Source: Rhizomicrobium sp. (lineage in GTDB: Bacteria > Pseudomonadota > Alphaproteobacteria > Micropepsales > Micropepsaceae). Taken from it: a stretch of 64,000 nt of DNA. Position numbers and translations under genes: made by a program. The notes below the pieces were generated by a model, which worked only from the letters and a program-made list of their open reading frames with translations, did no database searches and was not told the origin of the DNA. Location of the stretch: contig DATJXR010000035.1 of NCBI GenBank assembly GCA_035499995.1, positions 25,351 through 89,350 on the forward strand, read 5' to 3'. Below, one piece after another: positions 59,433-64,000 of the stretch. Each line of letters begins with the position of its first letter. The first letter of the stretch is position 1.

Positions 59433-61717
59433 GGCCGGTGCTTTTCGCGGCCATGCTCGCGGCGCTGCCCGCATTCGCCCAGCAGGAGGTCGTGACGGTG
59501 ACCGGCACGCGGCTGCCGGGCGGCACCATCGACCCGGACAAGCTGCCCGGCCAGACGCAGAGCCTGTCCGTCTCCAGCCTGTCGAAGGACCGCCAGACGG
59601 ACGTGCTGCCCAATCTGGTGGCCGGCCGGTTGCCCGGCGTATCGCTGAGCGACGAGCAGGGAAGCCCGTTGCAGCCCGACTTCGTCTATCGCGGCTTCAA
59701 GGCGTCGCCGATCTCCGGCGTGGCGGAAGGGCTCGCGGTCTACCAGAACGGCACGCGCATCAACGAAGCCTTCGGCGACGCGGTGAACTGGGACCTCGTG
59801 CCCGAATTCGCGGTCGACCGCTTCACCCTGCAAAGCGGCAATCCCGCGCTGGGCCTCAACGCGCTGGGCGGCGCCGTCGCGCTCGACATGAAGGACGGAT
59901 TCAGCGCCACCGGCACGCATGCGCAAATCTCGGCCGGCTCCTTCGGCAGCGTCACCGGCGACGCGGAATATGGCGGCCGTTTCGGCGATTTCGGCGTCTA
60001 TCTCGGTGTCGGCGGCATGCATGACGGCGGCTTCCGCGACCGCTCGGCGAGCAATTTGCGCCAGGCCTATGCGGACATCGGATACGAGGCGGGGCGGGCG
60101 ACGCTGCACCTGTCGCTGTCCGCCGCGAACGACAAGATCGACGCCGCCGGCCCCACGCCCATCCAAATGCTGGAGGCCGACCGCAAGTCCATCTTCACCC
60201 ATCCGCAATCCATGGCGAACAAGGCGGAGCTCGCGCAGTTGCGCGGGACCTATCGCCCGTCGCCGGATTTCCTGCTCACCGCAAGCCTCTACTACCGGCA
60301 CTTCTCGCAAGGCCTGGTCGACGGCAACACCACCGATGTGAAGGCCTGCGGCAACGATCCGTCCGAGTTCTGCCTGGAAGGCGACGGCGATTTTCCAGGC
60401 GATGCGCTCTACGACCGAAACGGCAATCCCGTGCCGGTGAGCGCGTTGCCCGCGGGCGCGACGCCGGGCGAGACGGATTTCTCGCGCACCGGCAGCCACG
60501 CCATGGGCGTCGCGCTGGAGCTGTCGTCGAAGCGCGATGCGTTCGGCCATGGCAACGATTTCGCCGCGGGCGCGAGCTACGACCGCGGCCGCACCGCCTA
60601 CGGCGCGTTCGGCGAACTCGGTGCGCTCCTGCCGACGCTCGAGGTCGTGGGTTCGGGCGTGATCATCGACCAGGCGACGAGCCCCACCGCGTCGCCGCCG
60701 CTCGAGCAGCCCGTCGATATCCGGGCCACCAACGCATATGCGGGGCTCTATCTGATCGACGCGTTCGACCTCACCGCGCGCTGGACCGTGACGCTGAGCG
60801 GCCGCTACAACGCAGCCCACGTCGCGCTCGCCGACCGCATCGGCTCCGGCCTCAACGGCCATCACGACTATTCGCGCTTCGATCCCGGCGCCGGCGCCAC
60901 CTACAGGCTGCCGGGCGCCACCTTCTATCTCGGGTATTCGCAAACCAACCGCGCGCCGACGCCGGGCGAGCTCTCCTGCGCCGATCCCACCTCGCCGTGC
61001 ATCCTCGACACCTTCCTGGTGGACGATCCGCCGCTGAAGCAGGTCGTGGCGCGCACCTGGGAGACGGGCCTGCGCGGGGCGTTCGACCCCAGAGTCGACT
61101 GGAACGTGAGCGTCTACCGCGCCGAGGTGTCGGATGACATCCTGCTGCTCGCCACGGCCGTGAACGGCTTCGGCTATTTCACCAATGCCGGCGAGACGCG
61201 GCACCAGGGCTTCGATGCGTCGCTCGGCTGGCACGAGGGACCGTGGCGGGCCGATCTCGCGTATTCCTTTCTCGACGCCACCTTCCGCGACGCGCTGGCG
61301 CTGTCCTCCAACAGCCCGGCGGCCGATGCGAACGGCCTGATCCATGTGGTCAAGGGCGATCGCATTCCGCTGATGCCGCGCAACCGCATCAGCGCAAGCC
61401 TGGACTATGCCGCCGCCCGCTGGGCGCTGGGCGCGCAGCTGCGCTGGCAGAGCGCGCAATATCTCGCCGGCGATGAATCCAACCGGGAGCCTCAAATCCC
61501 GGGTTACGCCACGGTCGGCCTGCATGGCGCCTACGAGATCGCATCCGGCGCGAGCCTCTTCGCCGAAGTCGAAAACCTCTTCGACCGGAAGTACTTTACC
61601 TACGGCGCGTTCGCCGATCTCGACGGCTTGCCGCCGAATTTCTCGCTCTCCGATCCGCGCACCTTTTCCCCCGCTCCCGGACGGTTGATCTACGGGGGCT
61701 TGCGGCTGTCGCTCTAG
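59429..61717 (+). CDS. TonB-dependent outer-membrane receptor
   Basis: GTG start overlapping the upstream stop (GTGA). Signal peptide VRPVLFAAMLAALPAFAQQ, a TonB box-like VVTVTGTR, a plug domain, a 22-strand barrel and the C-terminal aromatic motif (...YGGLRLSL). Confidence 0.8.
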   Translation: MRPVLFAAMLAALPAFAQQEVVTVTGTRLPGGTIDPDKLPGQTQSLSVSSLSKDRQTDVLPNLVAGRLPGVSLSDEQGSPLQPDFVYRGFKASPISGVAEGLAVYQNGTRINEAFGDAVNWDLVPEFAVDRFTLQSGNPALGLNALGGAVALDMKDGFSATGTHAQISAGSFGSVTGDAEYGGRFGDFGVYLGVGGMHDGGFRDRSASNLRQAYADIGYEAGRATLHLSLSAANDKIDAAGPTPIQMLEADRKSIFTHPQSMANKAELAQLRGTYRPSPDFLLTASLYYRHFSQGLVDGNTTDVKACGNDPSEFCLEGDGDFPGDALYDRNGNPVPVSALPAGATPGETDFSRTGSHAMGVALELSSKRDAFGHGNDFAAGASYDRGRTAYGAFGELGALLPTLEVVGSGVIIDQATSPTASPPLEQPVDIRATNAYAGLYLIDAFDLTARWTVTLSGRYNAAHVALADRIGSGLNGHHDYSRFDPGAGATYRLPGATFYLGYSQTNRAPTPGELSCADPTSPCILDTFLVDDPPLKQVVARTWETGLRGAFDPRVDWNVSVYRAEVSDDILLLATAVNGFGYFTNAGETRHQGFDASLGWHEGPWRADLAYSFLDATFRDALALSSNSPAADANGLIHVVKGDRIPLMPRNRISASLDYAAARWALGAQLRWQSAQYLAGDESNREPQIPGYATVGLHGAYEIASGASLFAEVENLFDRKYFTYGAFADLDGLPPNFSLSDPRTFSPAPGRLIYGGLRLSL

Positions 61718-61756
61718 CGTCGCACTCTCGCGCCCGCTGTGGGAGGGAGTGTTTTC

Positions 61757-63835
61757 ATGCCGAAGATCGCAACCGCCGCGCTGGCCGGCGCGGCCCTGCT
61801 CGCCTGCGCGGCGCTCGCCGCCGATGCGCCAAAGCCGCTTTACGGCGCCTGGGGACTCGACACCGCCGGCATGGATACGAAGGTCAAGCCGGGCGACGAC
61901 TTCTTCGATTACGCCAACGGCACCTGGCTCGCCGGCCACACCATCCCCGCCGACAAGCCGGCCGTGTCGCTGCGCCTGGAGATGACCGACCGCACCGAAG
62001 CGCGCCTGCACGACATGATGGAGGCGGAGGCCGCCAGGGTCTCGCACCGGCCCGGCGATCTCGCGGGCAAGGTGGGCGCCTTCTACAAGGCCTTCATGGA
62101 CGAGAAGGGGATCGAGGCCGCCGGCGCGAAGCCCATCGCGCCCGAGCTCGACAAGATCAAGTCCGCCAAATCGCGCGACGATCTGGCGGGCCTGCAGGGC
62201 GCGGGCGTGGACGATTTCTACGGCGAGCTCTTCGCCGTCTATTCCGACGTCGATCTCAAGAACACCGGCCGCTACGCGATCTATCTCTCGCAATCGGGTC
62301 TCGGCCTTCCGGACCGCGACTACTATCTCGAGAAAGGCTTCGCGGCGCAGAAGGCGGCCTATGCGGAATACGCCGCCACGCTGCTGAAGCTGGTGAACTG
62401 GCCGGACGCGGACGCGCGCGCCAGGGACGTCGTCGACTTCGAGACGAAGCTCGCGGCGGCGAGCTGGACCAGGGTGCAGGACCGCGATCCGGTCGCCACC
62501 TACAATCCCATGAGCGTGGACCAGCTTCAGAAGCTCACGCCCGGATTCGACTGGAAGGCCTATCTGGCGGCCGCGCAGCTTCCGGCGCTGCCCAGGGTGA
62601 TCGTGGCGGAGAAGTCGGCCTTCCCGAAGCTCTCCGCGCTCTATGCCTCGACGCCCGTTCCGGTGCTGCAGGCCTGGCTCGCCGTGCACGTCGCGGACAA
62701 TGCCGCGCCGTTCCTCGATAGCCGCTTCACCGGTGCGTATTTCAAGCTCCACGACCAGACGCTGGCCGGGCAGAAGCAGCAGCGCGTGCGCTGGAAACGC
62801 GCGGTGACGGCGGTGGCGGGCGGCGACTTCCTCGCCACCAACGGCTTCGGCGCCTGGGGCACGATGGGCTTCGGCGTGGGCCAGCTCTACACCGCGAAAT
62901 ATTTCGGCCCCGACTCCAAGGCCAAGATCGAGGCGCTGGTGCACAACCTGCTCGACGCCTATGCCGCGCGGCTGAAGAATGTCGACTGGATGAGCCCCGC
63001 GACAAAGGCGGAGGCGCTGAAGAAGCTCGAGACCTACACCATCAAGGTCGGATACCCCGACCATCCGCGCGACTATTCCAAGGTCGTCATCACCGACGAC
63101 GACGTGACGGGCGACGTGCGCGCGGCGGCCGCGGCGGACTGGGCCTACTACACCGGGCGCCTCAACGATCCGGTCGACAAGCTCGACTGGGGCATGACGC
63201 CGCAAACCAACGACGCCTATAACGGCACGCTGCGCGACATCGTCTTCCCGGCGGGCATCCTGCAGGCGCCGGTGTTCGACGCCAATGCCGATCCCGCCAT
63301 CAACTATGGCGCGGTGGGCGCCATCATCGGGCACGAGATGACGCATGGCTTCGACGACCAGGGCCGCAAGTTCGACGCCCAGGGCAATCTGCGCGACTGG
63401 TGGACCAAGGACGATGCCGCCAGGTTCGACGCCCGCGCCAAGCGCCTTGGCGCGCAGTACTCCCAATTCGCGCCGCTGGCGAACGATCCCAAGGTGCATG
63501 TCAACGGCGATCTCACCATGGGCGAGAACATCGCCGATCTGGGCGGGCTGACGCTGGCGCTGGATGCCTATCACGCCTCGCTGCACGGCAAGCCGGCGCC
63601 GGTGATCGGCGGGCTCACGGGCGACCAGCGCGTGTTCCTGGGCTGGGCGCAGGCCTGGCGCGGCAAGGTGACGGACGATTTCGTGCGCCGCCAGGTGGTG
63701 AGCGATCCGCACAGCCCGCGCCAGTTCCGCGTCAACGGCGTGGTGCACAACATCGATGCCTGGTACGCGGCGTTCGGCGTCAAGCCCGGGGACAAGCTCT
63801 ACGTCGCGCCCAAGGACCGCGTGCATATCTGGTAG
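61757..63835 (+). CDS. M13-family zinc metallopeptidase (neprilysin / PepO-like), secreted
   Basis: Met 7 of track ORF 61739..63835 with a GGGAGGGAG RBS and a signal peptide. HEMTH zinc motif (GAIIGHEMTHGFDDQG) and the downstream ENIADLGG motif. Confidence 0.85.
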   Translation: MPKIATAALAGAALLACAALAADAPKPLYGAWGLDTAGMDTKVKPGDDFFDYANGTWLAGHTIPADKPAVSLRLEMTDRTEARLHDMMEAEAARVSHRPGDLAGKVGAFYKAFMDEKGIEAAGAKPIAPELDKIKSAKSRDDLAGLQGAGVDDFYGELFAVYSDVDLKNTGRYAIYLSQSGLGLPDRDYYLEKGFAAQKAAYAEYAATLLKLVNWPDADARARDVVDFETKLAAASWTRVQDRDPVATYNPMSVDQLQKLTPGFDWKAYLAAAQLPALPRVIVAEKSAFPKLSALYASTPVPVLQAWLAVHVADNAAPFLDSRFTGAYFKLHDQTLAGQKQQRVRWKRAVTAVAGGDFLATNGFGAWGTMGFGVGQLYTAKYFGPDSKAKIEALVHNLLDAYAARLKNVDWMSPATKAEALKKLETYTIKVGYPDHPRDYSKVVITDDDVTGDVRAAAAADWAYYTGRLNDPVDKLDWGMTPQTNDAYNGTLRDIVFPAGILQAPVFDANADPAINYGAVGAIIGHEMTHGFDDQGRKFDAQGNLRDWWTKDDAARFDARAKRLGAQYSQFAPLANDPKVHVNGDLTMGENIADLGGLTLALDAYHASLHGKPAPVIGGLTGDQRVFLGWAQAWRGKVTDDFVRRQVVSDPHSPRQFRVNGVVHNIDAWYAAFGVKPGDKLYVAPKDRVHIW

Positions 63836-63845
63836 GGTCTCCGGA

Positions 63846-64000
63846 ATGTGGACCCTGCTCGGCATCGCCGTGGTCGTCGCCGGCTTTGCGTTCCGCTTCA
63901 ATCCGCTTCTGGTGATCGCCGCCGCCGCGGCGGTCACCGGGATCGCGGGCGGCATGCATCCGCTGGAGATCCTGGCGGCCTTCGGCAAGGCCTTCAACGA
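63846..64000 (+). CDS. DUF969-family membrane protein (N-terminal fragment; continues beyond the window)
   Basis: MWTLLGIAVVVAGFAFRFNPLLVIAAAAAVTGIAGGMHPLEILAAFGKAFN... A hydrophobic N-terminus characteristic of the DUF969 family. Confidence 0.5.
   Translation, partial: MWTLLGIAVVVAGFAFRFNPLLVIAAAAAVTGIAGGMHPLEILAAFGKAFN

Noticed and set aside
59132-63997. 1621-aa ORF on the minus strand spanning the TonB receptor and M13 peptidase genes
   Set aside because: It is antisense to two well-supported genes with clear family motifs and has an Arg/Ala/Gly-rich low-complexity translation. Stop-codon depletion of this kind is typical in antisense frames of ~70% GC DNA.

Overview
This 64-kb window looks like a chromosomal segment from a high-GC alphaproteobacterium (Rhizobiales/Bradyrhizobiaceae-like gene order). 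About 63 protein-coding genes are densely packed on both strands, and many have overlapping start/stop codons. No tRNA, rRNA, CRISPR array, integrase or transposase is visible. Most of the content is core or accessory metabolism:
- a partial sigma54 (NtrC-type) activator;
- a 5-gene operon (amine oxidase, UbiB/ABC1 kinase, DUF2332, thioesterase, hydrolase);
- pntAA-pntAB-pntB with a missed small upstream ORF;
- a GNAT relic, CPBP protease and GNAT cluster;
- a Rieske-fusion protein with a divergent Cys-rich regulator;
- a ClC channel, orphan pstS, rpsU/def/COQ9, purEK, a GGDEF protein, ubiX flanked by two DUF465 genes, and MFS/TetR/Qor;
- tandem PaaI thioesterases, orphan motA, a redoxin-2OG-oxygenase fusion and a large flotillin;
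- SDR, the reverse-transsulfuration pair CBS and CGL, and hutU/hutG/hutI/hutF;
- an Mla/MCE ABC system, ECF sigma with NrsF anti-sigma, a PAS protein, a type I secretion ABC plus MFP pair, nitronate monooxygenase, Crp, a CPA2-Usp antiporter, a PLP enzyme, a TonB receptor and an M13 peptidase.
The most unusual non-coding content is a high density of three families of palindromic, MITE/REP-like intergenic repeats (at least 10 copies). One copy sits inside the mlaE-mlaF operon, copies flank hutU and the CBS-CGL pair, and several sit in a 1-kb repeat-filled non-coding island between the HlyD-family gene and the nitronate monooxygenase gene. The six-frame track contains many long antisense artefact ORFs, which is typical of GC-rich DNA. 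Gene boundaries below were mostly re-derived by locating internal start codons within the track translations. I found no recognisable canonical defence or mobile system. The candidates for something novel are conserved-unknown gene pairs and the repeat elements rather than a clearly identifiable new system.
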